From Eledone cirrhosa (lineage: Eukaryota), in assembly GCA_964016885.1 (NCBI GenBank), contig OZ024740.1, forward strand, positions 84,878,001 through 84,942,000: a DNA stretch of 64,000 bases, in the 5' to 3' direction. Positions 16,317 to 29,999 of the stretch are shown here, one piece after another. Numbering within the stretch: the stretch's first letter is position 1; every line of letters begins with the position of its first letter. The position numbers and the translations under genes were made by a program. Below the pieces are notes generated by a model. That model was given only the letters and a program-made list of their open reading frames with translations. It had not been told where the DNA came from and did not search any database.

Positions 16317-16720
16317 TATATATTGGTAAACGGAATAGAAAATGCTGACAAATTGTTCACAGTTGAAAAATGGTTTAATTAGGAATAAAAGAGTATTAGT
16401 GATTGTATGGGTTAGTATTCAGTTGTGGTTTTAAGTTTTTAAGTTTTTACCGGTTGCGCATTTCTAAATGCTTTTCAAAAATAATTTTGAGATAGAGTGT
16501 CCGTGCTGTTTGCTCTGATCTGAGCAAACAGCACGGACACTCTATCTCAAAATTATTTTTGAAAAGCATTTAGAAATGCGCAACCGGTAAAAACTTAAAA
16601 ACTTAAAACCACAGCTGAATACTAACCCATACAATCACTAATACTCTTTTATTCCTAATTAAACCATTTTTCAACTGTGAACAATTTGTCAGCATTTTCT
16701 ATTCCGTTTACCAATATATA
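16317..16720. repeat. 404-bp near-perfect palindrome centred on GA|TC at 16518/16519
   Basis: Arms are reverse complementary with about 2 mismatches and no spacer. Confidence 0.95.
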
Positions 16721-16734
16721 TATATGTATATATG

Positions 16735-16893
<159 letters not shown>

Positions 16894-16956
16894 GTATATA
16901 TATATATGTATATATATATGTATATATATATGTATATATATATGTATATATATATG

Positions 16957-17021
<65 letters not shown>

Positions 17022-17050
17022 GTATATATATATGTATATATATATATATG

Positions 17051-17081
<31 letters not shown>

Positions 17082-17140
17082 GTATATATATATCTATGTA
17101 TATATATCTATGTATATATATCTATGTATATATATGTATG

Positions 17141-17175
<35 letters not shown>

Positions 17176-17180
17176 CTATG

Positions 17181-17217
<37 letters not shown>

Positions 17218-17268
17218 GTATGCATATATATGTATGTATGTATATATATATATGTATGTATATGTATG

Positions 17269-17299
<31 letters not shown>

Positions 17300-17305
17300 G
17301 TATGC

Positions 17306-17377
<72 letters not shown>

Positions 17378-17379
17378 GT

Positions 17380-17431
<52 letters not shown>

Positions 17432-17716
17432 GTGTATGTATATATATGTATGTATATATATATATGTATATATATGTATATATGTATGTATGTATATATA
17501 TGTATGTATATGTATGTATGTATGTATATATATGTATGTATACATATGTATGTATATATATGTATATATATGTATGTATATGTATATATATGTATGTATA
17601 TGTATATATATGTATGTGTATATATATGTATGTGTATATATATATATGTATGTATATATATATGTATGTGTATATATATATATATGTATGTATATATATA
17701 TGTATGTATGTATATG

Positions 17717-17754
<38 letters not shown>

Positions 17755-17816
17755 TATATGTATGTATGTATATATATATGTGTATATATATATGTGTATG
17801 TATATGTATGTGTGTG

Positions 17817-17851
<35 letters not shown>

Positions 17852-18348
17852 GTATGTATATGTGTGTATATATATGTATGTATATGTATGCATATATATA
17901 TATGTATGTGTATGTATGCATATATGTATGTGTATGTATGTATGCATATATATATATGTATGTATATGTATGCATATATGTATATGTATGCATATATATA
18001 TATATGTATGTGTATGTATGCATATATATATATGTATGTCTATGTATGCATATATATGTATGTGTATGTATATATATATGTATATGTATGTTTGTGTATG
18101 TATATATATATATGTGTGTATGTATGTATGTATATATATATATTTATGTATGTGTATGTATGTATGTATATATATTTATGTATGTGTATGTATGTATGTA
18201 TATATATTTACGTATGTATTTATATATATATGTATGTATGTATATGTATATATATATGTATGTATATATCTATGTATGCATATGTATGTATATATGTATG
18301 TATGTATATGTATGTATGTATATATATATATGTATGTATATATATATG

Positions 18349-18381
<33 letters not shown>

Positions 18382-18796
18382 GTATGTATATATATATATA
18401 TGTATGTATATATATATATATGGACGTTAACGATGATGATGATGATGATGTATGTATATATATGTATATATATATATATGTATGTATATATATATATGTA
18501 TGTATATATATGTATATGTATGTATGTATATATATATATATGTATATGTATGTATATATATATATATGTATATGTATGTATATATATATATATATATATG
18601 TATGTATATATATATATGTATGTATGTATGTATGTATATATATATATGTATGTATGTATGTATATATTTATATGTATGTATGTATATATATATATGTATG
18701 TATATATATATATATGTATGTATATATGTATGTATGTATATATATATATATATGTATGTATATATATATATATATGTATGTATATATATATATATG

Positions 18797-18867
<71 letters not shown>

Positions 18868-18898
18868 ATATATATATGTATGTATATATATATATTTG

Positions 18899-18952
<54 letters not shown>

Positions 18953-19160
18953 TATGTATGTATATATATATATTTGTATATATATATATATATATATTTG
19001 TATGTATGTATATATATATATTTGTATATATATATATATATATATTTGTATATATATATATATATATATTTGTATGTATGTATATATATATATATGTATG
19101 TATATATATATATATGTATGTATATATATATATATGTATGTATATATATATATATGTATG

Positions 19161-19191
<31 letters not shown>

Positions 19192-19236
19192 GTATGTATA
19201 TATATATATATGTATGTATATATATATATATGTATG

Positions 19237-19293
<57 letters not shown>

Positions 19294-19378
19294 GTATGTA
19301 TATATATATATATGTATGTATATATATATATATGTATGTATATATATATATATGTATGTATATATATATATATGTATG

Positions 19379-19597
<219 letters not shown>

Positions 19598-19638
19598 GTA
19601 TATATATATGTATATATATATATATGTATATATATATG

Positions 19639-19739
<101 letters not shown>

Positions 19740-19814
19740 GTATGTATATATATATATATGTATGTATATATATATATATGTATATATATATGTATATATA
19801 TGTATATATATATG

Positions 19815-19873
<59 letters not shown>

Positions 19874-19981
19874 GTATATATATTTATATATGTATATATA
19901 TATATATATATATGTATGTATATATATATGTATGTATATATATATATATACATATATGTATGTATGTATGTATGTATGTAT

Positions 19982-20012
<31 letters not shown>

Positions 20013-20417
20013 TGTGTATATGTATGTATGCATGTATATATGTGTGTATTCATGTATATATGTATATATATATGTGTGTATGTATGTATGTATGTATATA
20101 ATTTATCATCTATATATATAACTTACTTTGATAGGTTTCGGCCAGTATTATTATATATACATATACACATAATATATATATCATCATCATCATCGTATTT
20201 ATGTCCATTTTTCCACACTTGCATGGGTTGGATGGGTCCTCTTCAGCACAGCATCTTTCCACTCAGCAATTTCCTTCATCATCTCATCTGTAAGTCCCAG
20301 CTGTCACCACCTCTGCCCAAGACTACTTCTGCTGCAGTTTCCTTCCCTTGGAATTTCCTGACACTCATGTATATTACGTATATTATATATATATATATGT
20401 TATATATGTATATATAT

Positions 20418-20448
<31 letters not shown>

Positions 20449-20544
20449 CATATATATCTGTATTATATATTTATATATATATAATCACTATCATTTTAAC
20501 ATTCACTCTCCCCCTTTGTTCATGAATGACAATAGGATTTTTAC

Positions 20545-20842
20545 CTAGAAAGTCCCTCTTTGAGGCACAAGTCTGGGCAAGGTTGTTTGTGGAAGACCAA
20601 AAGTCACCCCTGTATACCAGTCTTCCCTGTCCATGCCTCTAATATTGTCCCAGTGAAAGGCAATGGCTGATACAGCTTAGCACCAGTGACGTCACAACTC
20701 ATTTCTACAACTGAGTGAATTGGGCAACCTGAAATAAAGTGTCTTGCTCAAAGACACAACACATCAGCTCTGTCCAAGAATCAAACTCACAATCTCCTGA
20801 TTGCAAGCTCAACCCTCTAACCACTAAGCCATGCACCTTCAC
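20545..20842 (-). mobile_element. tRNA-derived SINE
   Basis: 'gaaataaagtgtcttgctcaa...gaatcaaactcacaa...ctaaccactaagccatg' head shared with 25500-25628 and 51950-52050. Confidence 0.75.
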
Positions 20843-20884
20843 TATTATCTATATATATCTATATATATATGTCTATGTGAGTAA

Positions 20885-21042
20885 AGTGAAATATTGTTGA
20901 TTAAATTGACCATAATATTTGACTGGTAGTTTTATATTACCAACACTGAAAGGATGAAAGGCATAGTTGACCCCTGTGGAATTTGAACTCAGAAATACAA
21001 GGGACCATTTTCTGGTGCACTAACAATTCTGCCAATTCACAA
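20885..21042 (-). mobile_element. Degenerate tRNA-SINE (27855 family)
   Basis: 'gactggtagtttta...aaggatgaaaggc..agttgac...gaatttgaactcag'. Confidence 0.6.
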
Positions 21043-21462
21043 AGTAATTAGGTTTTAACCAAAGCAAGTGTTGAAAATCTTGCAATCTTTCTAATTAACA
21101 AAAACTATATAATAGAAAACACATCAAATATGGTAGTAGAGAGCCTAACAAGTTACCTTTTATTCATTTAATTTTCTTTGATTATTTCTATAAATTATTG
21201 ACTTTAGCTTGCAATATTCATCATCCACTGAGAGCCCTTATCTATTAGCTCTCTCTTAATAGTGATATTGGAAACTTGCATTCTCAAAATTTTCAACATA
21301 CTTTTATATGAAATAACCTGTTTATTTCTTTGTATTTTTCTTGTGTATAAGAATAATTATTGATTTATTGGTGACTAATTACTTACTGCTATTAATAGGA
21401 AGAATATGTAGACTCAACTCATTATATATTTATATACACATTTATGCCTATACAAATTTATG

Positions 21463-21499
<37 letters not shown>

Positions 21500-22020
21500 G
21501 CACACACTCACGCACACATATCATCATCATTATTTAATATCCACTTTCCTTTCTAGCAAGGGTAGGACAGGTCTTCACAGACTGAGTCTGTACTAAAGCA
21601 TGGTCACCGACCTCCCAGACATGATGGGGGTTCGCATCTTGCTTACATACAGTTCCTTATTCTACCAAGTGCATTTTATTGTGGCACCAGCACTAGAGAG
21701 GCTGTCATGTCTTTGACACAACTGGAGTCCTCTTAACTCTTTGTTTGGCAAGCTTTCTATGGCTGGAAGCCCATCCTAACACCATCCACTTTACAGCATG
21801 TACTGGGTGTTTTTATCGTGTAAATCACTAGCACTAGGATGGCTGTCATGTCCTTGACACAACTGCAGGGTCCTCCCAACCCTTTGTTTGGCAAGTTTTC
21901 TACTGCTTGATGCCCTTCCTAACACTAACCACTTTACAGTGTTTAACGTCCATTTTCCACGCTAGCAATATATATATATATATATATCACCTATACACAC
22001 ACACATATATTGCACTGAAG

Positions 22021-22483
22021 ATAAGCAATGTAAAAACTGTTGTCATTAGTGGACTACCTGGGGCTGATAAGAACACCCTACTTCGGAGACATGCTATGTA
22101 TTTAAATCATGTAGAGATTTTATTGACAAGATCTAGCTAGAATTCCTCTCCTTTCAAACATATATTTAAGCACATTCTTGAGTTTGGAAAATAACGTTGG
22201 TAATCATGGTAGCAGTGAGACAGCAACAGTGTCACCGCCAGTGCTAACATTACTACCATATTTATTTGTGCAGGCACCATCTCTTAGTGACCTGGAAAAG
22301 GCATTGAACAGCAGAAAAACTGAAACGTAGGAATCGCTGAAGAAGCGGTTGGAAACAGCAAGTGAAGCCATAAAATTTTCCAAGCAGCCCAGTATCTATG
22401 ATCATATTGTAAATGACAAACATGATGAACCTTATTGAAAGTTAAAAGAACCACTTCAAGAGGACATTCAGAAGCTGAAGTGA
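22021..22483 (+). pseudogene. Degenerate guanylate kinase (GUK1-like) pseudogene
   Basis: 22039-22089 encodes VVISGLPGADKNTLLRR (cf. VVLSGPSGAGKSTLLKR P-loop). 22262-22483 encodes LFVQAPSLSDLEKALNSRKTET*ESLKKRLETA...SKQPSIYDHIVNDKHDEPY*KLKEPLQEDIQK* (cf. the GUK1 C-terminus). In-frame stops at 22328 and 22436; the middle part is missing. Confidence 0.82.
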
Positions 22484-23289
22484 TTTTTGATGCTGCTATG
22501 ATGTCTTGAATGTCCAATGCTAAGAAAGAAGGAAAAAGAAAGCTCTTTTATCATTTTCAAATTAAGTAGGGGTTTATCATTCTAATTTAATATCAAACTA
22601 GAAAGTTACTTATAAAAGGAAATGCTAGTTTTTTTTTAGATATTTTAAAACTATCCTCCACTTAAGGTAGACAGGAGAGTCACCTCTCTCTCTCTTTGCT
22701 TGTGTTTCACCTTGTTCGTGTGTGAAAGTTCTGTAGTACATGTCGCTAGATGACCTGATCCTGTGTCATCTATGTAAGGTCAGCGCTTTTACCACATCAT
22801 CTCAAGTTTTCCTGGTTCTACCTTTTCCACAATTTCCATCAACTTTGAGTACCATATATTTTGTTGTGCAGCACACACACATACATATATGTATACATAC
22901 CCATACACGCACACATATATATATATATATATGTGTATCATATGTATGTATATATATATATATAATCACCTTTATCATTTAACACTCGTTTTCTCTGCTA
23001 TATGAAGCATACATTTTCTGCTGACTAAACAAACCTGATAACTATTGCCCTACAAATCTAACTTTTTAGCAGATTCATTTGAACCATGCACTTCATGCTG
23101 AACTAATTAATATTGGAGCTTAATGCATTCTTTTATTACTATATTCTTGCATGTCATAAAAGACAACTAAGAGGATTGGCATCAGGAAGGGCATCCAGCT
23201 CCATGAAAGACTTCTTCAAAAAATCCCACCCAACCCATGTCAGCATGGAAAAGTTGACTTATAGATGATGATGATGATGATTATATGAT

Positions 23290-23630
23290 GGTATGTATGA
23301 TGAATCCTTTGCCGGCTTTGATGATGAGCATTCAGTCATTTGATCTACTGAAAATCTATCTGACTTGAATGAACTTATAAGTAGTTGAATATTCCACAAA
23401 CACATGAACCCTTAACATAATCTCTAGCAGAATCAACATGACACAATATGTAATAAGCCCAGATCTTTGAATTACTAGTGCATTTCACAATGGGCTTCCA
23501 CAATTTCCAACTCATGGTTTAGGTCAACTTGAGGTTATAGTGAAGACACTTGCTTGAAATGTCTTTCAGAGGGATCGAACTCAGGACTTCATTATTGGAA
23601 AGTAAACTTCTTAACCACTCAGCTACACAT
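23290..23630 (-). mobile_element. Degenerate SINE fragments
   Basis: tRNA-like head at 23560-23625 plus a degenerate body. Confidence 0.45.
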
Positions 23631-23759
23631 ACAATGTATGTATATAAATATTTAAGGATTATTTAGGTGACTAGGGCTCTGTTTCTAACCTTGTGCCATC
23701 TGAGACTGGTTCAGCTTGAACACCTATAAATTTATATTTGCAGGAAAAATGCAAGTGAG

Positions 23760-24060
23760 GAAAGAATTTCAGTGTGTTGACAGTCTAGGGTTAGACATAG
23801 TAATGTGTGACAGGAGGAAGAGGGACAGATGGACTTAGATAGAAGTTGTCTGCACAGAGCTTGATCAAAGACACTGAGGCTATTATACTAGTGATAGAGT
23901 GAGAGACAGCTAAAGGTTGAAATCTGTTGGAAAGTAAATTGTTGAATGGTATTTTGAATGTGTTGTAGCAGAAGCACCATCCTAAATGTTGGAGCAATAT
24001 TTCATTGAGTCTCACTTGAGAATCAGTAGCTGATCAGAGTTCAAGGGGAAGGCTAATCAT
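23760..24060 (-). mobile_element. Old CR1-like LINE 3' coding remnant
   Basis: Minus-strand translation resembles '..YKAQVR..MEYC.H.WGG...FQPL' CR1 C-terminal motifs; heavily decayed. Confidence 0.4.
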
Positions 24061-25290
24061 TGGGATGCTGTTTGGTTCATTATTATAAGGCTGTAAGTTT
24101 AATTTCCTAAATATGTAATGTGTTGTACCCTTCAACAATACATTTTATTTCAAATTGCTCCACTCTGCTGAAAAATTAGTACCAAGAGCGGCATAGATAA
24201 AGATGCAGCACACTGCTCTCCAAGCAAGGTGAAAATCAAGGGTCTTGTAATCCCACTTGATAAATGCTAATGAAATCAGGATAAGCTCCAGCTTGATGAG
24301 CCCCTAGGCTTGAGAGAGATTTTTTTAAATCTTTTTGTATATAAGATCATCAGGAAAGATCAAGACTGAACATTCATACTCCCTACGTTTTAATAATTGC
24401 ATTTAATAAGATTGATAAAAACACCTGAATTTCATTTCTGTCCATCTATTTGATCCGGCAGCAAAACAAATAACTCTGATAGTTCCATATAAATATGCAT
24501 TGAAAACTTTTTCTCTCAGTGAATGTCTCTTGGTATATGTGGTACTCCAAGTAAAACAGTTATATAATTTGTTATAACCAATTTACTATAAGTCGATTAT
24601 CTATTACTTTTGCAATAACTTAGACCTCACAATTTGGTATCATGTGCTTCTAATTCCTTTCTGTTTGTTTTGTAGTGAACCAGACTTCCCTACTCTCTTC
24701 CAAATTTGGTGAATGTATAGTGATGCGTAAAATAGCTTCTACAGGAGCAACAGGGGGGATTGTGTGGAGATTCAGTGATAGTGGTGATAGCTACTGAGGG
24801 ATGATAATGGATGGCATGCTCAATACAAGGATGTGTCAGGTTGGGGGTGGGGCAATATGAAGATGGCAGAGGTCATGTCATGTTCTAGGTTGGTAGGCAA
24901 GTCTTCATCAGCACAGTGTAGTGCCAGCCCTTATGGTCCTTTGTCATCTCTGCTGTGAGGGCGATCTTCTTAACATCAGGCTTCTACCTCATCCTGTATT
25001 TTCCGGGGTCTACCTCGTTCATAAATTCCATCCACTGAGATTTCTCTGCACATCTTCCATAAGCCTCACATGTTCATACTAGCACAGTTTTCTCTATTGC
25101 ACACTATATAAAATACTTTTTATGCCAAATTTTTCTCTCAGCTCACTTATGCTACATTGTTCATGTACACAAACATTACTAGCTTTCTCTAATTGTCTGC
25201 AGTTAAGGCTCATGTCTCACTGCAATGTAACATTGCAGTTTGCATGCAAGCATCATAAACATTCTGCCTTTCACTTTGTGTGCATATATA

Positions 25291-25796
<506 letters not shown>

Positions 25797-25802
25797 AATG
25801 AT

Positions 25803-25833
<31 letters not shown>

Positions 25834-25967
25834 GTTTATTGGTGTGTAATGTTTAGTTACTATTGGTTCACTAGTTTGAGCACTCACTGCTAATATGGGC
25901 CTGGTTGCTAATATGGGATTCTACATTTGGTATTATATTATAGTCGGTATCCTTAAGAAGCAAAATG

Positions 25968-26279
25968 TTAATAATGACAATAAGGAACAGAAATGAAATA
26001 TCAATTTAGCATTATTATATTTATTCACATGTGACACATGTTTCATGATCGATCAGCTCAAGGTACAATCAGTATTATCATGCCCAACTCTGGAATTGAT
26101 AGCTCATCAGACTTGTGGGTTCTCTAGATTCATTAAAGAATCCACATGTCTGATCTATCAATTTCAGAGTCAGGTGCGATCAATACCGATCGTACCTTGA
26201 GCCAATCGATCATGAAACGCACATCATGTGAATAAATATAATGATACTATATTGATACTTTGTTCCTGTTCATTATTAT

Positions 26280-26283
<4 letters not shown>
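25968..26283. repeat. Imperfect foldback (~150-bp arms) carrying hammerhead-like motifs in both arms; probably Penelope-like pLTR derived
   Basis: Arms are reverse complementary (atttattcacatg..tttcatgatcgat..gctcaaggtac vs gtaccttgagc..atcgatcatgaaa..catgtgaataaat) and flanked by (TA)n. Confidence 0.8.
26026..26117 (-). ncRNA. Type I hammerhead-ribozyme-like motif
   Basis: Minus strand: cacaagt-CTGATGA-[~59 nt stem II]-GAAAC-atgt-GTC^acatgtg. Stem I cacaagt/acatgtg has 1 mismatch; stem III is minimal with palindromic ACATGT; the base of stem II pairs imperfectly. Confidence 0.6.
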
Positions 26284-26319
<36 letters not shown>

Positions 26320-26331
26320 AATCAAACACCA

Positions 26332-26364
<33 letters not shown>

Positions 26365-26789
26365 AATCAATCACCATATATGTGTAAATATATATATATG
26401 TGTGTGAGTATATATACACACACACACACATATATGGTGTTTGATTTTACCAAATTTATGGTTCATGGACTAAAGAAACATTTTATTGCAATGATTCCCT
26501 TTATATTAATGCTGAACACTTGCAATGAAGATTAATGTCCATTTATGTGTTTATTTCAGACAAATATATATTAAATATATTACATAGGTACAGAAAATAA
26601 TGTTGAAGTAATGCTAGATATTTTGGCAGGTTATTATTAGTTATTTTTTTTGCTGCCAAATCTCTCAACACTATATTTATAAGCAGGACACAGCCTTTAG
26701 TCTAACTTCACAGCTTTTCTTACTGACAAGCTCCCTAAAACTTAGCTTGCAGCCTTTTGGCACACATGACTCCTGTTGAAATATAAAAT

Positions 26790-26823
<34 letters not shown>

Positions 26824-27636
26824 CACACATACATATATATATATATTTTGAACTATAATAATTCTATTTTGTGCTAGATACATTATTTGTACTACTACCA
26901 CTGCTACTATTACAACTACTACTACCAGCTGTCTGTTACCCAATTATTGTCTTTTGCATCACTGCGACCTGGGAAGCATGTGTTGTAGCCCACACTCTGA
27001 ATGATATGTATAAATTTGCTGCCAAGCTACTGTGATAATTGTATCTAGAACATCTTCCATTGTTGCCAGTAAACTAAAATTATTGTTTAAATACTATTTT
27101 TTTTTAAGTTTTGCTTTTCTTCAATATTTTTCTGTTTATGTTTTTAATTTTCCTCAGTTTCTAACAGATTGCTTCAGTTCTGTAGAAAAATAATTCATAA
27201 ATACTTTCTCCCATTTTTTTCCAATTTTTAACCCGTTCATTAACTTACTGAAAAATATTTTAAAATTTACTGCTATTGTATTTTTTTTTAAATCTATTAT
27301 TTTTTACAATTTCTTTCTTTAATACAACTTTTCTCTCTATTTCAATCTTTATTTTCTCCGAGTTTTATTTGCATTTTCATGTTTATGAATGTTTTTTTAA
27401 CGAAAGCAAAAATACAAGGAAAATGGTTTTGCTTGTAGCTACAACCCGTACTTCTGCTAGTCACACCTCACAACCCAACCACACTTTTATATTGTTTTAT
27501 ATAATGTTATTACATGTTGTTTTATCTAATTTCTTCCATACATTTTGATTTGGGGGAATAAATAAAGCACAATAAAGATGTGTGTGTCTCTGTGATTGAT
27601 TTATGTCTCAGGCAGTGAAAAAGAGGAAATAGGTAT

Positions 27637-27717
27637 AAATGGTGTCCTAAAAGTCACTAGACCATTTTATATATATATTTATATAAGATGGTTTAGTGGC
27701 TTTTGGGACACCCTGTA
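27637..27717. mobile_element. Tiny Tc1/mariner-type MITE
   Basis: TIR-like ggtgtcctaaaagtcactagaccat / atggtttagtggcttttgggacaccctg, followed by TA. Confidence 0.65.
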
Positions 27718-27854
27718 TTTATAAGTGTTTCATCTTTTACCAATGGACAAGAATTAAAAGAAGAAAAGTCAATTTCAAACACTATTTTTGGTTAACTTCT
27801 ACACTTAAGGCACATCTTGTCTTGCATTAATAATAATCATTATTAATTTAAGCA

Positions 27855-28020
27855 GTATCGGTAGAGGGCCGGACGCCATGCTTTGACGCATAGAGTTACG
27901 GCCCTTGCCATTCTAAGTTCAAATCCTGCCGAGGTTAACTTTGCCTTTCATCCTTACGGGGTCGATAAAATAAAGTACCAGTAATACACTGAGTAATTGC
28001 TGGCCTTGTGCCAAAAGTAG
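27855..28020 (+). mobile_element. tRNA-derived SINE
   Basis: B-box-like 'agttcaaatcc' followed by 'gccgaggttaactttgcctttcatccttacggggtcgataaaataaagtaccagt'; reverse copy at 38180-38375. Confidence 0.8.
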
Positions 28021-29089
28021 AAATAATTATTAATTTAAGTCCTTGTCTTCCAGTGTACTCCAAATTTCTTTGTCTGAGAATAATTGCAATCCATCTTATA
28101 AATTCATTCACAAGGCATATACATGTGTTATGCCTTTATGCCTTGTATATATATTTGTGTAGGTAGTATATATATATTGAAAAAAATTTGTTAACTGAAA
28201 GTCAGCAATTGCAATGCACGTTTTTGACAATGAAATATTGTCTAAGTTGGACATGTAAGCTCCTGGAGACATAAAAATTGGACAGCAGCCCCATCCCCAC
28301 GAGACTTGATATCACACCTTCTATATATCATGCAGATGTGCTACCATTATACCAAGATGTGGCTGACCACACCATTCTATTTTTAAGCTTCTTATCAGTT
28401 ACCCAGAAATGCAAATAAACAATCTAGAAACGTTGAGATAGTTACAAACTTTTTGAAAGTTAAATTAAGTGTTAATAGCGTTTTTGACTATGAAAAGTTG
28501 CCCCATAGGTTGAGCATATAATCCTCTGGAGTTGAGTTCCACAGGTTGCGCTGTCTACTTTTTTCTGTTGTATCAAAGACATAACAACCTGCCTAGTGAG
28601 AGTGGTAGAAAGAGCATCCAGCTGCAAAATAAAGTGTCAGGACGACCCTTCAGTTGTGTCAAAGACATCAACATCTCTAATGCTACTGTTGCAATACAAT
28701 ACAATTGGTAGAGCATGAGATGTAAACAAGAAGCAAGCCCCTTCTCATCTGATGAGTACTGCCTCAACTCTTACTGCCAGGGAAAACTGATGTTGAATGA
28801 GGATATATATATATATATATTATAAACAAAAAGGTATTTGGAAAGCCAGTACAATACAGATAGAAATATAATTGTGGATGACAAAATAGGGTTTGAACAT
28901 ACAACTGGTGCACTCGGGATTTTCTCTGAGGAGACTGCTCTCCAAACCGCAACTTGCATACAATATATTCACACTTCCTAATTGTCCCAATTTTGAATGT
29001 ATATGAAGTGACAAGGTATAAAGCATAATTGAGATTAAGTGGATAATTAGCAAGTACTGTAATTCATATTTAGGTTGAGAGGTGGGTGG

Positions 29090-29430
29090 GAGGCTCTTTG
29101 TAATATGTATGCAATTTTTTTTTTTTTTCATCATCGTGAAGAGATTGTTCATCTGGGATATTAAGAGGTTTCTCACGTGCTTTTCTTATCATACCTAAAG
29201 CCCTAATGATGATTGGGACTGTTTTTGTTTTAAGGTGCCACATCTTTTCAATCTCTATCTCTAGGTCTTTGTATTTACCTAGAATTTCAATTATTTTGCT
29301 GGAATGTTTTTTTCTGATGGAATATATGGTTCAATTAATTTACAAGATTTATCTTTCTTGACTTTGATAATGATATCTGGTCTGTTCATTTCAATTGTTT
29401 GGTCGTTGCTTATTGGGAAACCCCGAGTAT
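29090..29430 (-). mobile_element. R4/Dong/NeSL-type non-LTR retrotransposon C-terminal restriction-like endonuclease remnant
   Basis: Minus translation NRPDIIIK..K.KSCKLI...IPSEKNI...KYKDLEIEIEKMWHLKTKTVPIII.ALGMI (RPD...KY motif). Confidence 0.8.
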
Positions 29431-29475
29431 TGTTACATTATCTCTTTCGATTACTGGCTCTGGGTAGTATTCAAG

Positions 29476-29665
29476 AACAACAATGACAACTATGATTGCA
29501 ATAACAGTAAAATCGGAGCAACAAAAATACATACCACAAAAGCAACAGCAACAGCAGCATCAAAAAAGCTATAACAAAAACAACAAAATATACCAACAAC
29601 AAGAGCAGATGCAGCAACAACAGCTACAAAAAAAGCAGAAACAACTACAACCACACCATCAACTA
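29476..29665. repeat. Degenerate (CAA/CAG)n low-complexity tract
   Basis: Direct. Confidence 0.7.
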
Positions 29666-29999
29666 AAAAGCAAACTCATTAGTTATGTAGTTCTTCTAAA
29701 GGAAAACAAAGATTTGATAGAGTTCATACAATCACAAATAGTATTTTTACATCAGGTGAGAGGAGCTTTGATGTGCTAGCCTTCTCCAAATCACCACAAA
29801 GGAGATTTCTGATGAGAACCACATCAGAAATGTATAGCATTCTGAAAAAGTATTTCCCACATGATGTGGAGCATTTTAAAAACATACTGAACAATAGGAT
29901 TTTAGAGAGCCATTGAAAGGGTTCTGCAACGGAATTACCAGTCTTTCAGGGTAAGTTCCCCACTCCTTTTCTTCTTTTTGTTCTCTCCTAAATTAGCCA

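Noticed and set aside
22284-22517. Minus-strand 77-aa ORF with a plausible splice acceptor at 22520
   Set aside because: No recognisable protein; the opposite strand is explained by the guanylate kinase pseudogene
28745-28760. CTGATGAG as a hammerhead core
   Set aside because: No properly spaced stem II-GAAA-stem III follows
29483-29779. Poly-Q ORF
   Set aside because: Degenerate (CAA)n tract with no homology or convincing splice context
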